Below the pieces are notes generated by a model, which had not been told where the DNA came from, searched no databases, and saw only the letters and a list, made by a program, of their open reading frames with translations. From a virus (Duplodnaviria; Caudoviricetes), in IMG/VR virus record IMGVR_UViG_3300027804_000008, positions 1 through 42,490 of that record: DNA of 42,490 nucleotides; one strand, written 5' to 3'. A program made the position numbers and the translations under genes. Shown here piece after piece: positions 1 through 9,497 of this stretch. Numbering within the stretch: position 1 is the first letter of the stretch; each line of letters starts with the position of its first letter.

Positions 1-127
1 GATTTATAGGAGGTTATTAATTATGTCAAATAATTTGGTTGTAATTGAAGAGCCATTAACTTTACATCTAGAAGACCACAGTAATAACATATATTTAACC
101 TACAATACTAAACAAATTGATTTAAAA
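1..127. repeat. Terminal direct repeat, left copy (circular assembly overlap)
   Basis: 1-127 is identical to 42364-42490; 127 nt is a common assembler k-mer; a small ORF (42304-42372) and ORF 23..250 read through the junction. Confidence 0.95.
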
Positions 128-250
128 GATATAAATGATAACGAGCTTTTCAAATTATTGGGTTATTTGCAAAATAATAGACATTATCAAGATTTATCTT
201 ATTTAACAAAAGTTTACGCAGAATTACAAAAAAGAGGTTTAAGAAAATGA
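23..250 (+). CDS. Hypothetical early protein (75 aa)
   Basis: Strong AGGAGG RBS upstream; stop overlaps next ATG (ATGA). Confidence 0.75.
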   Translation: MSNNLVVIEEPLTLHLEDHSNNIYLTYNTKQIDLKDINDNELFKLLGYLQNNRHYQDLSYLTKVYAELQKRGLRK

Positions 251-402
251 TTTTAGAAGCAGATTTATTAATAAATTTAAAAGAACTTAAGAACTATGAT
301 AGATTGGTAATGTTATCTACAGTTTATAACAAATCTCTTCTTGAGATGATAGACGACATACTTGGTAAAATTGAAATTATAAATGAAGAGGAAATAAAAT
401 GA
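247..402 (+). CDS. Small hypothetical protein (51 aa, MILEADLL...), not in ORF track
   Basis: ATGA overlaps at both ends with 23..250 and 399..728. Confidence 0.65.
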   Translation: MILEADLLINLKELKNYDRLVMLSTVYNKSLLEMIDDILGKIEIINEEEIK

Positions 403-728
403 CGGATTTTAATGCAAAACACAGAGAGCTTTATTTGGAAGAATTAAAAGAAGTTTTGAAAGACTTTACTAATGGTAAATACGGAGGAAAAGAAGAAATT
501 TTTATAGAAAAAACTTTTAATTTGATAAATAAATTTAACTTAAATGATAAAGATGAGGTTATAACAATATTGATAACCTTAAAGGATAACTTACCACATA
601 CCGATTTTACAGTTATGTGTAAATATAAATTTGGTGATCACTCAAATAGATCATTAATTAATAATGTATGTAAACATTTCGAGGATAACTTAATTGACAT
701 AATTTTAGAAAGTAGGTACATGAGATGA
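399..728 (+). CDS. Hypothetical protein (109 aa)
   Basis: GAGG RBS, translationally coupled. Confidence 0.7.
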   Translation: MTDFNAKHRELYLEELKEVLKDFTNGKYGGKEEIFIEKTFNLINKFNLNDKDEVITILITLKDNLPHTDFTVMCKYKFGDHSNRSLINNVCKHFEDNLIDIILESRYMR

Positions 729-847
729 ACAATAAATTTGAAGATTGGATGAATAACCAATTTGCTCCTTGGGCATTAACAGTAGTATTTGGAACTAATT
801 TTTGTGTATTCATGTTGATACTAGGACAACTAGCTTTTGGTAAATGA
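725..847 (+). CDS. Small membrane peptide (40 aa, MNNKFEDW...QLAFGK)
   Basis: ATGA overlap with 399..728; single hydrophobic segment. Confidence 0.55.
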   Translation: MNNKFEDWMNNQFAPWALTVVFGTNFCVFMLILGQLAFGK

Positions 848-887
848 TTTATAATAGAGGATTTATAATAGAGGATTTATGATAGAG
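846..887 (+). repeat. Tandem repeat, 3 x 14 bp GATTTAT(A/G)ATAGAG, spanning RBS and start of ORF 879
   Basis: Units at 846-859, 860-873 and 874-887; the third unit carries the A>G change that forms the ATG at 879. Confidence 0.85.
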
Positions 888-1268
888 GATAAAGAACTTT
901 TAGATTTTTGTAACGAATATACAACAATAGTAAATGCTAAATTAAACGAATTAAAAAATAGACAGGATGAATTTGGAAATATAATTAATCCTAAAGATAA
1001 TAAACCAAGTAATAAAATAAGGTTTAGTGTTATACATAGAACTTCTGAAATCAATAATATATGGAAATTTTTTGTTTCTGATAATCTTGCAGATATTAAA
1101 AATGTTATAGACTATATTAATTCCAATCTTATAGAAATACCTACTTTTAAATTTCCAAGAGTATCCATAGAAACCAATGACTTATATGCTGGTATGTTTG
1201 ATACTTACGATGGTGTTGAATATCAAATACCTTATCTTGTTTATGTTAATATAACTTTAATTAGATAG
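879..1268 (+). CDS. Hypothetical protein (129 aa)
   Basis: GAGG RBS; same strand as neighbours. Confidence 0.7.
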   Translation: MIEDKELLDFCNEYTTIVNAKLNELKNRQDEFGNIINPKDNKPSNKIRFSVIHRTSEINNIWKFFVSDNLADIKNVIDYINSNLIEIPTFKFPRVSIETNDLYAGMFDTYDGVEYQIPYLVYVNITLIR

Positions 1269-1277
1269 AAATAAATT

Positions 1278-1511
1278 ATGAAAAATTTTGAAAGAGAAGT
1301 TGCTAAATTAGCAAGCGATAGTATATTGGATGATATTCCTAAAAACAAAAATGGTTATAATAATCAAGCTGTAGGTGTTGACTTAAACCAGATAGCTATC
1401 TTAAGAGGTTTAAGCATTATTAGAAGTAATGATACTGGTTATAAGGTAACAATAAGTGCGTTGGTTCGTGAAGCCATAAGGGATTTATTCATCAAATATA
1501 ATATCAGTTAA
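1278..1511 (+). CDS. Putative ribbon-helix-helix transcriptional regulator
   Basis: Strand-helix-helix pattern ending in TISALVREAIRDLF; lies directly upstream of the primase. Confidence 0.55.
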   Translation: MKNFEREVAKLASDSILDDIPKNKNGYNNQAVGVDLNQIAILRGLSIIRSNDTGYKVTISALVREAIRDLFIKYNIS

Positions 1512-1516
1512 ATAAT

Positions 1517-3769
1517 ATGAAATATGCAATTACAACGTTTCCTCACCTAAAAGTATCTTTTGTGGGGCAGGAGGGAGTACATTTTAACGAACTATCTGTT
1601 AAGGATATTTATAGTAGATTTCTAAAGTACAAGGATAAGTCAAGCGATGTTAAGGACGAACAGAAACACTTTATACTAGCTAAGTATAAAGACTCATCAC
1701 GCCCTAGAACAAGTGAGAATATAGATTATTATAGCGGATTGGTAATTGACTTTGATAACTACGGGAAGAACTATAACTACTTGAAAGAGGAAATTGCTAA
1801 TACCTTAAAAGGAATTGATATTTTATACTATACGACAAGTTCTCATACTTTTGAATCCCCAAGAGTAAGACTGATAATATTCTGCAATAGGAAATTTGAA
1901 CCGGATGAGAAAACTAATATATTAATTAATCTAACACAAACGTTTAGCAGTGAGTTAGAACTAGCAATTGACCAACATAATACGTTCGGCAATAACAGTT
2001 TATCAAGACTGCCCTATAACTCACCTGAATTTGAAATGGTTTATTGTCAAGGATTAACATATGACATAGGAGGTAATTTAACAACTACCTCCTCAAATAG
2101 TAATGAAAAGCAGGATTTGGAGGAGGTAGAATTAAAAAAAACATTTAACAATATCCCAGTACAGGATTTAACAACTGATAAAATAAAAGAGTTGTTAGTA
2201 GAGTATAAAAAGATAGTTGGTTTTGATGAGACAAAAGGTTGGTTTAATGATTATGAGACTTGGGTTGAAGTAGGTAGTATTCTTCATCATCAATTTAAGG
2301 GAAATGAAGAGGGGTTATCACTATGGAAAGAAATATCTTGTGAGGATGGACATACAATAGAATACACTTACAAAAAATTCTCTAATGATAAGGAAAACCC
2401 CAAGACTTTCAAAACCATAATGAAAGCTGTAAGAGAAAGTAAAATACCTCCTAAAATAGCATTGTTTGACCCTGACGCACCGCCTCTTAAGGTAGATAAA
2501 AGTAAGACTGTTGATGTAGATACGTTTCCACATTTACATTATGGTAAGACAACGATTAAACCTAAGGATACTTACGATAACTTTGTACACATAATGAAGT
2601 TTTACAATGTTGATTTGGGTGTTGATATCATAACCAAAAAAGTAACCTTATTCGGCAATGGTGATCAGAACGCTAATCAAGAAGATATTCTGGATTTGAT
2701 GGAAATCAATAATATGTCAAGTAAGAGCCGAGGTATAAGGTATATTAACAAGTATGCTAATGAAAATAGATATAACTCATTTTACAACCTGTTAACTAAA
2801 ACAAAATGGGATGGTATATGCAGACTAAATGATTTCTATAATACTTTGAGAGTAAAACCTGAATACACGGAACTTCGTAATTCGTATTTACTGACTTGGC
2901 TTAAGCAGTTTATTTATATCAGTTGTTTTAGTAGCGAGTATCCTTATAAGAGTAAGAATATAGCTAAGCGTCTTTTAGTATTGCAATCAAAACAAGATGG
3001 TGGTAAGTCAACGTGGGTAAAAAATCTTTTACCAAACGAGTTTGAAAAACAATATATATCCATAGGAGCAACTCTTAAGACGGATGACGATAGACATACT
3101 TTAGGGTTGGTAAATAAACTTATTGTAGAATTAGCTGAACTTGAAAAATCGTTTAAACACAGCGATATAAACGCTTTCAAGGCTTTTTACGGCAGAACTG
3201 TTGATACTCTCAAGATGATATACGTAACTTTTCCTGTGGACTTTGAGAGAACGACAAGTTTTATAGCAACAACTAACGACTTTTACTTTCTAAAGGATAA
3301 TACTGGTTCTAATAGATTTATGATTATCCCTTTGGATGATGATTATAAGGATGAAAAAGGATTATCCATACTTTGTAACGGAAGACATAAAATAGATATG
3401 CTTATGCTTTACAGACAAATTTATGAAGATAAAGATGGATGGGTTAATTTTGATTTAAATAGTAAAGATAGGGAAATTCAAAAGGAATTAAACAGTCAGT
3501 TTTTTATGAACGATGTTATGGAGGATTTGTTTTTTGAAGAGTTTGGTAAAGATATTGATTATAAAGCTCCTTTATATAGCTGTAAGGATATATTACAAAA
3601 ACTTGGTTATACAACAAATCAGATAAGTAAAAAATTGAAAAATGATTTAGCAACATTTTTAAGATTAAAAAATTATCCATATCTAAAAAGAGAGGGTAAA
3701 TTTAGATTAATATCATTAAGAAAAGAGGTGCAAATAAATGATAGTGAAATACAGAAAGAAGCTTATTAG
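1517..3769 (+). CDS. Primase-helicase: AEP-like primase, PriCT-2 and VapE-type P-loop helicase
   Basis: GLVIDFD and YTTSSH...PRVRLI primase motifs; DYETWVEVGSILH PriCT-2 motif; Walker A QSKQDGGKST, Walker B IVELAE, ATTN...DNTGSNRF VapE motifs. Confidence 0.85.
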   Translation: MKYAITTFPHLKVSFVGQEGVHFNELSVKDIYSRFLKYKDKSSDVKDEQKHFILAKYKDSSRPRTSENIDYYSGLVIDFDNYGKNYNYLKEEIANTLKGIDILYYTTSSHTFESPRVRLIIFCNRKFEPDEKTNILINLTQTFSSELELAIDQHNTFGNNSLSRLPYNSPEFEMVYCQGLTYDIGGNLTTTSSNSNEKQDLEEVELKKTFNNIPVQDLTTDKIKELLVEYKKIVGFDETKGWFNDYETWVEVGSILHHQFKGNEEGLSLWKEISCEDGHTIEYTYKKFSNDKENPKTFKTIMKAVRESKIPPKIALFDPDAPPLKVDKSKTVDVDTFPHLHYGKTTIKPKDTYDNFVHIMKFYNVDLGVDIITKKVTLFGNGDQNANQEDILDLMEINNMSSKSRGIRYINKYANENRYNSFYNLLTKTKWDGICRLNDFYNTLRVKPEYTELRNSYLLTWLKQFIYISCFSSEYPYKSKNIAKRLLVLQSKQDGGKSTWVKNLLPNEFEKQYISIGATLKTDDDRHTLGLVNKLIVELAELEKSFKHSDINAFKAFYGRTVDTLKMIYVTFPVDFERTTSFIATTNDFYFLKDNTGSNRFMIIPLDDDYKDEKGLSILCNGRHKIDMLMLYRQIYEDKDGWVNFDLNSKDREIQKELNSQFFMNDVMEDLFFEEFGKDIDYKAPLYSCKDILQKLGYTTNQISKKLKNDLATFLRLKNYPYLKREGKFRLISLRKEVQINDSEIQKEAY

Positions 3770-3947
3770 AAATCTGGGCAATTATGAGAATGTAACTGTT
3801 GAGATAGAACTTGAGGACAATGTAGTTTATGAACGTGGGGAAACCTACGATGGTGTTTATGATAAACTAAGTAGCTATGTCAGTGAGTCTTTAAGAAAAG
3901 AGAACAGGAAAATAGATGAATATTTGAAAACAAGAGGTGTGAAGTGA
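3738..3947 (+). CDS. Phage hypothetical protein (NLGNYE motif)
   Basis: NLGNYENVTVEIE motif is common in small phage replication-region proteins. Confidence 0.65.
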   Translation: MIVKYRKKLIRNLGNYENVTVEIELEDNVVYERGETYDGVYDKLSSYVSESLRKENRKIDEYLKTRGVK

Positions 3948-4141
3948 AAATATTTAATGAATGGACACTACTATTTTTATCAGTGGCTTTATTCTTCATA
4001 CTCAAAACTGTTAATGACAGACATTATAACGATACAAAACTTTATTTAGTTGAAATTGTGCTAGAAAATAACCCAGATTTGTCAGAATTTGAGTTGGAAG
4101 CAAGAGTTAATAAATTATTTGAAATAGTAAAAGGTAGGTAG
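3944..4141 (+). CDS. Small membrane-anchored protein
   Basis: GTG start with GAGGTG RBS; N-terminal TM segment. Confidence 0.6.
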   Translation: MKIFNEWTLLFLSVALFFILKTVNDRHYNDTKLYLVEIVLENNPDLSEFELEARVNKLFEIVKGR

Positions 4142-4606
4142 TGATATTATGTATAATGATGGTTTTCAAAAAATTTGGTGTGATTTTTCAGATTTGAAGG
4201 GTAAATTTGTTAAATGGGTTTTGTTTGATAAAGATGGATTTAAGTTTTGTTGTTCTACAAATGTTATAAACAAGGATGATGATAGTTTAGAAAATTTATT
4301 TTATTTTTATATAGAACATTCACAACAATGTTGTGAGAGTGTGTATTTAGATGAGGAATCTATAAAAGATGAAGATAAGTCAGTATTAGAATATGCAACA
4401 GTTTTAGATGCAGAAGAAGTATGTTGTGAACTTAAAGATGATGGTTGGTTACAATATACTTATTATAAAATAAGAACAGATAAAGGTTATTTTAGTTTTC
4501 ATTTTAGAGGTGAGGGTGATAGTGATTATTATACTTTGGGAGTTGATTTTATTATCGAATATAAACCTAGTGAGTTTAATATAAATGATATAGTAAAAGG
4601 TAGGTA
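4124..4606 (+). repeat. 17-bp direct repeat ATAGTAAAAGGTAGGTA (4124-4140, 4590-4606) flanking ORF 4149..4607
   Basis: Exact copies; both ORFs end in IVKGR*. Confidence 0.85.
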
Positions 4607-4607
4607 A
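4149..4607 (+). CDS. Conserved phage hypothetical protein (H-x-Q-x-CCE-x-V family)
   Basis: HSQQCCESVYL and YTYYKIRTDKG...FRGE..YY motifs resemble a widespread phage DUF. Confidence 0.7.
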   Translation: MYNDGFQKIWCDFSDLKGKFVKWVLFDKDGFKFCCSTNVINKDDDSLENLFYFYIEHSQQCCESVYLDEESIKDEDKSVLEYATVLDAEEVCCELKDDGWLQYTYYKIRTDKGYFSFHFRGEGDSDYYTLGVDFIIEYKPSEFNINDIVKGR

Positions 4608-4611
4608 GAAA

Positions 4612-4812
4612 ATGAATATAGTTGATGCGTTTAATAAGTTAAAAGAAAATCCTAAATTGGTAATAAAACGAGGTGTTATTACTTACAAAAACGAACTTGG
4701 TAATATTCGTTTTAATGATGGTAGTGATGATAATTTTTATAAATTAGATTTAGATGATTTATGGTTTAGTTTTGCGGATATTTTATCAGACGATTGGGAG
4801 GTAGTAGAATGA
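4612..4812 (+). CDS. DUF2829/Tad2-like small protein
   Basis: N-terminal MNIVDAF..LK....IKR and C-terminal W.S.ADILSDDWEVVE pattern. Confidence 0.5.
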   Translation: MNIVDAFNKLKENPKLVIKRGVITYKNELGNIRFNDGSDDNFYKLDLDDLWFSFADILSDDWEVVE

Positions 4813-4979
4813 TTAAATTTCTAATAGGTTTTGGAATAACTATATTCTATCTTGTTATTTATGAAATTAGTAAGAGAACTGATACTTTTACAAACCTGAT
4901 TACAATAATAATTATTTGCAGTGGTTGTTACTATCTTGGCGATATGGTTATGTATAGATATTTAGGTAATTTAAAATGA
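4809..4979 (+). CDS. Small two-TM membrane protein (likely start ATG 4809)
   Basis: ATGA overlap with 4612..4812, GGAGG RBS, two hydrophobic segments. Confidence 0.6.
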   Translation: MIKFLIGFGITIFYLVIYEISKRTDTFTNLITIIIICSGCYYLGDMVMYRYLGNLK

Positions 4980-6076
4980 AAAAACATAGTGATTTCTCAC
5001 CTAGTTCTTTTGAACGTAGGTTTTTATGTCCAGCATCTTATATGATGGAAAAGGATTTACTCCCAACTAAAAGCAAATATGCTGATGAGGGTACTTTATT
5101 GCATGAATTAGTTACTATTGATATAAGGGAGTATTTAAGAATACAAAATGATAAACCGGTTTTGGACGCATATTTACATTATTTGGAAAATGTAAAACAT
5201 AGTGAAAATATTAACAAACATCTTATTGTTGATTGTTTTAAGTCCTTTATTGAAATTAAAAAACAACTATTTGATGTAGATGTAATTTTAGATAAAAAGT
5301 TTGCTTTGGAATATTTAGATGATAATGAAGCAGGAACAGTGGATTGTATTATTACAGGCAATAATTTTGATGATAGACATCAAGTACACGTAATTGATTT
5401 CAAGTTCGGTTATGGTGTAAAGGTTGACGCTTATATGAACTATCAACTACTCAATTATGCTAAGGGTTACATAAAGAGTAATTATCATACTATAAAAGAT
5501 TATGATTTACACCTCCATATATTCCAACCGACATTTTCAAATAGTTGTTGGAGTTTGGATGAAGAGGAAAAGTACAAATGGATTATCAGTGATAACTTCT
5601 ACAAAAACGTAGTAAGTAAATGTAAAAAGTTAGAACCAGAATTTAATCCTAGCGTAAAAGCCTGTAAATTCTGTCGTGCAAAGTCTATTTGTAAGCCACT
5701 ATCTACTAATATTGTTGTTAAGGATAAGTATACCTTAACAACTGATGAGATAAAAGATTTTCTTGACAAAAAGGAGTTAATACTGTTATATATTATGGGC
5801 TTGGAAGATCACGCTAAAGGTATTCTTGAAAACGGCGGACACATAAACGGCTATTCTTTAGTAGACAAATATTCAAATAGAAAGTGGATATATGATGCTG
5901 AAAATGAGTTAGTTAATATGTTAGGTGATAAGGCTTATAATATCAAGAAAACCATTATCGGAATAGGACAAGCTGAAAAATTATTAGGTAAAGAGCAAGT
6001 AGATAAATTAACCGAGAAAGAACTAATTGGAAAAGTATTACAAGTAGCAGAAGACAAATTAAAGAATTTAGATTAA
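4976..6076 (+). CDS. DUF2800 Cas4-like PD-(D/E)xK nuclease
   Basis: HSDFSPSS...CPAS, GTLLHE, GTVD, IDFKFG, QLLNYA, CKFCRAKSIC (four Cys, Fe-S type). Confidence 0.85.
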   Translation: MKKHSDFSPSSFERRFLCPASYMMEKDLLPTKSKYADEGTLLHELVTIDIREYLRIQNDKPVLDAYLHYLENVKHSENINKHLIVDCFKSFIEIKKQLFDVDVILDKKFALEYLDDNEAGTVDCIITGNNFDDRHQVHVIDFKFGYGVKVDAYMNYQLLNYAKGYIKSNYHTIKDYDLHLHIFQPTFSNSCWSLDEEEKYKWIISDNFYKNVVSKCKKLEPEFNPSVKACKFCRAKSICKPLSTNIVVKDKYTLTTDEIKDFLDKKELILLYIMGLEDHAKGILENGGHINGYSLVDKYSNRKWIYDAENELVNMLGDKAYNIKKTIIGIGQAEKLLGKEQVDKLTEKELIGKVLQVAEDKLKNLD

Positions 6077-6088
6077 AAAGGTAAAATT

Positions 6089-6679
6089 ATGAATACTGAT
6101 AAAAAATATATAGAAGTAATTTTAAGTAATGTAAAAATAGATTATCCATCGTTATTTGAAAAAGCTAACAATCCTAAATACCCAAAAGACGAGAAAGAAA
6201 GAAAATATGCGTGTAGTTTTTTATTACACAAAACCAAACATGCTGAAAAAGTTGAAGAAATAAAGACGCTTATAAAAACTTTATTCAAAGAAAATAAAAT
6301 TGCTTTAGAAAGCGACAATCATAAAGTTTTTAAAGATTTAGCACCTCTTGCAGAAGCAGACGAAACTAAAGAAATTTTACGAGATTATTACAGATTAAGC
6401 TCTTCTAACTTTTCAAGACCTACAGTAACTGATAGAAAAAATGACCAAGTTGTAGATAAAGAGTTAGTAAAAAGAGGTTCTATAGTGCATGCTTCTATTA
6501 CCTTTTTTATTAATGGTAATAATACTTTATCCTGTAAATTAGAACACGTTAAACACATAAGAGACGATGAACCTATTTTAACAGGCAATGCTCCAAAAAA
6601 TGCTACTGATAAGTTTGCATTACTTACTGATGATGTAGAACCAGAGAACACAGCAGAAAACGAAGTAGATTTATTCTAA
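6089..6679 (+). CDS. ssDNA-binding protein, DUF2815 family
   Basis: NVKIDYPSLF...KYACSFLL, L..V....DDEP, acidic tail ending in F; lies between DUF2800 and the polymerase. Confidence 0.75.
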   Translation: MNTDKKYIEVILSNVKIDYPSLFEKANNPKYPKDEKERKYACSFLLHKTKHAEKVEEIKTLIKTLFKENKIALESDNHKVFKDLAPLAEADETKEILRDYYRLSSSNFSRPTVTDRKNDQVVDKELVKRGSIVHASITFFINGNNTLSCKLEHVKHIRDDEPILTGNAPKNATDKFALLTDDVEPENTAENEVDLF

Positions 6680-6691
6680 CATATTAATAAA

Positions 6692-8479
6692 ATGAAATGG
6701 TTCTTGGATACCGAGTGTTATCCTAACTATTTTCTTATCGTACTCAAATCCTTATCTGGTCAGTTATTGGAATTTGAGTACGACCAAGAAACTGGTTTTG
6801 ATAAAACACAGCTTGTTAATATATTATCACGTGATCTTACAATAGGTTTTAATTCCAGATTTTATGATATTCCTATGATAATGAGGTTTATCAAGGAAAA
6901 CGATAAACCTACTAATGACCAGTTAAAAAGATTGTCTGATGATTTGATACTTTCTGATAATAGTTTTGATATTATAAGTAGCAGTTTTTTATGGAAGCCT
7001 AAAAAATGGAATCACATTGATATAATAAGGGTGTTACCTGATAAGTGTTCGCTTAAAATGTATGGTGCAAGGATTCATACTAGAAAATTACAGGATTTAC
7101 CTTATGATCCAACAAAAGTACTTACAAGAGAAGAGAAAAACATACTCAAAGCTTATTGTATTAATGACGTTGATATTACACGGGATTTGTACTTACATTT
7201 ACAGGAAGAATTAAGAATTAGAGAAGATGTAGGTATAGGTATATATAAAAAACTTCCTTTGAGCTTACAAAAAAAATATAATGAAACTTTTGGCGTTGAT
7301 ATTAGGAGTATGTCGGATGCAGATATTGCAGAGATTTATTTCAAACTCAAGTTTAATGATTTATCCATCCCTAAAGGGCTGCATTTAAGTTTCAAATATA
7401 AACCACCACATTATATTTCTTATTATAATGAGAATATAACCAATATATTAAAGGAAATAACAGAGTTTGAATTTACAGATAAAACCAATTTGAAGAAAGA
7501 TGTTAGTTTTGTTGGCAGAGAAATAAAAACCAAGACAAACAGCTTTACTATTGGAATCGGTGGACTTCATTCAAAAGAAGAAACTATATCTGTAATTAAA
7601 GCTGACGATGAGTTTCTTATAGATGTTGATGTTACTTCATATTATCCAAGTATAATTATAAACAATGGGATATATCCAAAAAACATAGGTAAAGACTTTT
7701 TAGAAGAATATAAGACTTTGTTAAATAGACGTCTACAAATAAAAGATAAAACAAGTGTTCCTAGTAAGTTTTTCAAGATCGTACTTAATGGAACTTTTGG
7801 TAGGTTTGGTTATAAGAAAAGTATTTTGTATGATTTAGAGAAGATGATACAGACTACTATAACAGGTCAACTATGTTTATTAATGCTTATTGAAGAGTTG
7901 GAAAAACATGATTTTGAAATAATATCTGCTAATACTGATGGGCTTACAATAAGAGGTAAGTTAGTTGATATTGACAAGTTTGATGAGGTATTGGGGAAAT
8001 GGGGGTTTATAACAGGTTTTGAGCTGGAAAAAACATATTACGATAGTATTTACATAAGAGATGTTAATAACTATTTGGCAATAAAGTCAGATGGTGGAGT
8101 TAAGACTAAAGGATTTTTAAGTATGAATGATTTATCAAGGAACGCTCATCTTGGAATAGTAAAGAAAGCTGTTAGGAATTATCTTACAAATGAATACCCA
8201 ATTGAGAATACTATTAGAAACGGAGCAAAAGAAGATTATATATTAACCAAGAAAACAAAGTTTGGTGCTAGTTTTAAAGGTGAGTATTTAGGTAAAGTTG
8301 TTCGTTGGTATTATAGAATTGACGGGGATTATATTCTAAATATGAAAGGACATAAAGTACCAGACGCTAATGGTGCATATCCAATAATGAACTTGGATGA
8401 TGAGATGGTTAATATTGATTACGGGAGGTATTATCAGGAAACAATTAAAACATTAAAAACAATAGGAGTTAGTTTATGA
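6692..8479 (+). CDS. DNA polymerase, family B-type, with 3'-5' exonuclease
   Basis: Exo motifs DTECY, GFNSRFYD, YCINDV; polymerase motifs DVTSYYPS, KIVLNGTFG, NTDG. Confidence 0.9.
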   Translation: MKWFLDTECYPNYFLIVLKSLSGQLLEFEYDQETGFDKTQLVNILSRDLTIGFNSRFYDIPMIMRFIKENDKPTNDQLKRLSDDLILSDNSFDIISSSFLWKPKKWNHIDIIRVLPDKCSLKMYGARIHTRKLQDLPYDPTKVLTREEKNILKAYCINDVDITRDLYLHLQEELRIREDVGIGIYKKLPLSLQKKYNETFGVDIRSMSDADIAEIYFKLKFNDLSIPKGLHLSFKYKPPHYISYYNENITNILKEITEFEFTDKTNLKKDVSFVGREIKTKTNSFTIGIGGLHSKEETISVIKADDEFLIDVDVTSYYPSIIINNGIYPKNIGKDFLEEYKTLLNRRLQIKDKTSVPSKFFKIVLNGTFGRFGYKKSILYDLEKMIQTTITGQLCLLMLIEELEKHDFEIISANTDGLTIRGKLVDIDKFDEVLGKWGFITGFELEKTYYDSIYIRDVNNYLAIKSDGGVKTKGFLSMNDLSRNAHLGIVKKAVRNYLTNEYPIENTIRNGAKEDYILTKKTKFGASFKGEYLGKVVRWYYRIDGDYILNMKGHKVPDANGAYPIMNLDDEMVNIDYGRYYQETIKTLKTIGVSL

Positions 8480-9060
8480 AGAGAAAAAAAGAATTACCTG
8501 ATATTCAAGATTGGGAAGTTAAAAAAGTAAGTTCAACTTTAACTCAAGAAGATGTTAATAAGTTATTTGAGTATAAAGATGGGGATTTATATTGGAAAAT
8601 TGATATTTATTCAGGTAAAAATTATATAAGAAAACATGTAAAAAAAGGCGATAAAGTTGGTTGTATATCAAAAACTACATCTGGTATATATTATAAAAAA
8701 GTTTTTTATAATAAAAAAACTTATCAAATATCAAGAATAATATTTTTAATACATAATGGGTATTTACCTGAAAAAATAATATATAAGGATAATAATACTT
8801 TAAATACAAGAATTGAGAATTTATTGGAAGCAAACCTTTCTCAAGTGTTTTATAGAAAAAATAAATATTCACATAATAAAACTGGCTATAGAGGAGTTTG
8901 TTTTTGTAAAAGAACTAATAAATATAGAGTTATTATTAGAAAAAACAATATCAGAATATTTTTAGGTAATTATGAAACGCTTGAGGAAGCGTCTGGAGTT
9001 TATAATATAGCAAAAGAAAAATATCATGGTGAACTTATTAAAAGGTGTAAAAATGATTAA
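8476..9060 (+). CDS. HNH-AP2 homing-endonuclease-like protein with degenerate HNH
   Basis: LFEYKDGDLYW N-terminus, RIENL, NKTGYRGV...LG.Y.T.EEA..YN....YHGE AP2 domain; the DH catalytic pair is replaced by IY. Confidence 0.8.
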   Translation: MKRKKELPDIQDWEVKKVSSTLTQEDVNKLFEYKDGDLYWKIDIYSGKNYIRKHVKKGDKVGCISKTTSGIYYKKVFYNKKTYQISRIIFLIHNGYLPEKIIYKDNNTLNTRIENLLEANLSQVFYRKNKYSHNKTGYRGVCFCKRTNKYRVIIRKNNIRIFLGNYETLEEASGVYNIAKEKYHGELIKRCKND

Positions 9061-9253
9061 AATTTTAGCTTGGTTATTATTAATATTATTTTCACCTCTT
9101 ATACTTATTATTGGTAATTTAGTAGGTATTTTTATGCTTATACATGCAATATTTTGTGAGATGGAAAAAATACTTAATTATCAAATACAACCATATATTG
9201 CTTGGAAGATAAAAAGTGTTAGAGAAAGATTTAGAAAAAAAGATAGTAATTAA
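9053..9253 (+). CDS. Small membrane protein (likely start ATG 9053)
   Basis: AAGGTG RBS; long hydrophobic N-terminus and basic C-terminus. Confidence 0.55.
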   Translation: MIKILAWLLLILFSPLILIIGNLVGIFMLIHAIFCEMEKILNYQIQPYIAWKIKSVRERFRKKDSN

Positions 9254-9497
9254 AGCTAAAAAACTTGGTTATCTTACATATAAGTTTGTATCACCAAGTA
9301 ATAGAGGAGTGCCAGATAGAATTTTTATAAATGAGAATGGTAAATTGTTTTTTGTTGAGTTCAAGTCCAAAAAAGGTAAGTTAAGTCAGTTGCAAATATT
9401 AAAAATATCGGAATTAGTAGCAAAAAAACAATCAGTATTTGTAGTTAATGATGAGGAATTAGCTATGAAAATAATAACAGAATATATGAGTAAATAA
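9216..9497 (+). CDS. VRR-NUC domain nuclease (resolvase-like)
   Basis: LEKDLEKK...KFVSPSNRGVPDR...FVEFK...G.LS.LQ. Confidence 0.9.
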   Translation: MLEKDLEKKIVIKAKKLGYLTYKFVSPSNRGVPDRIFINENGKLFFVEFKSKKGKLSQLQILKISELVAKKQSVFVVNDEELAMKIITEYMSK

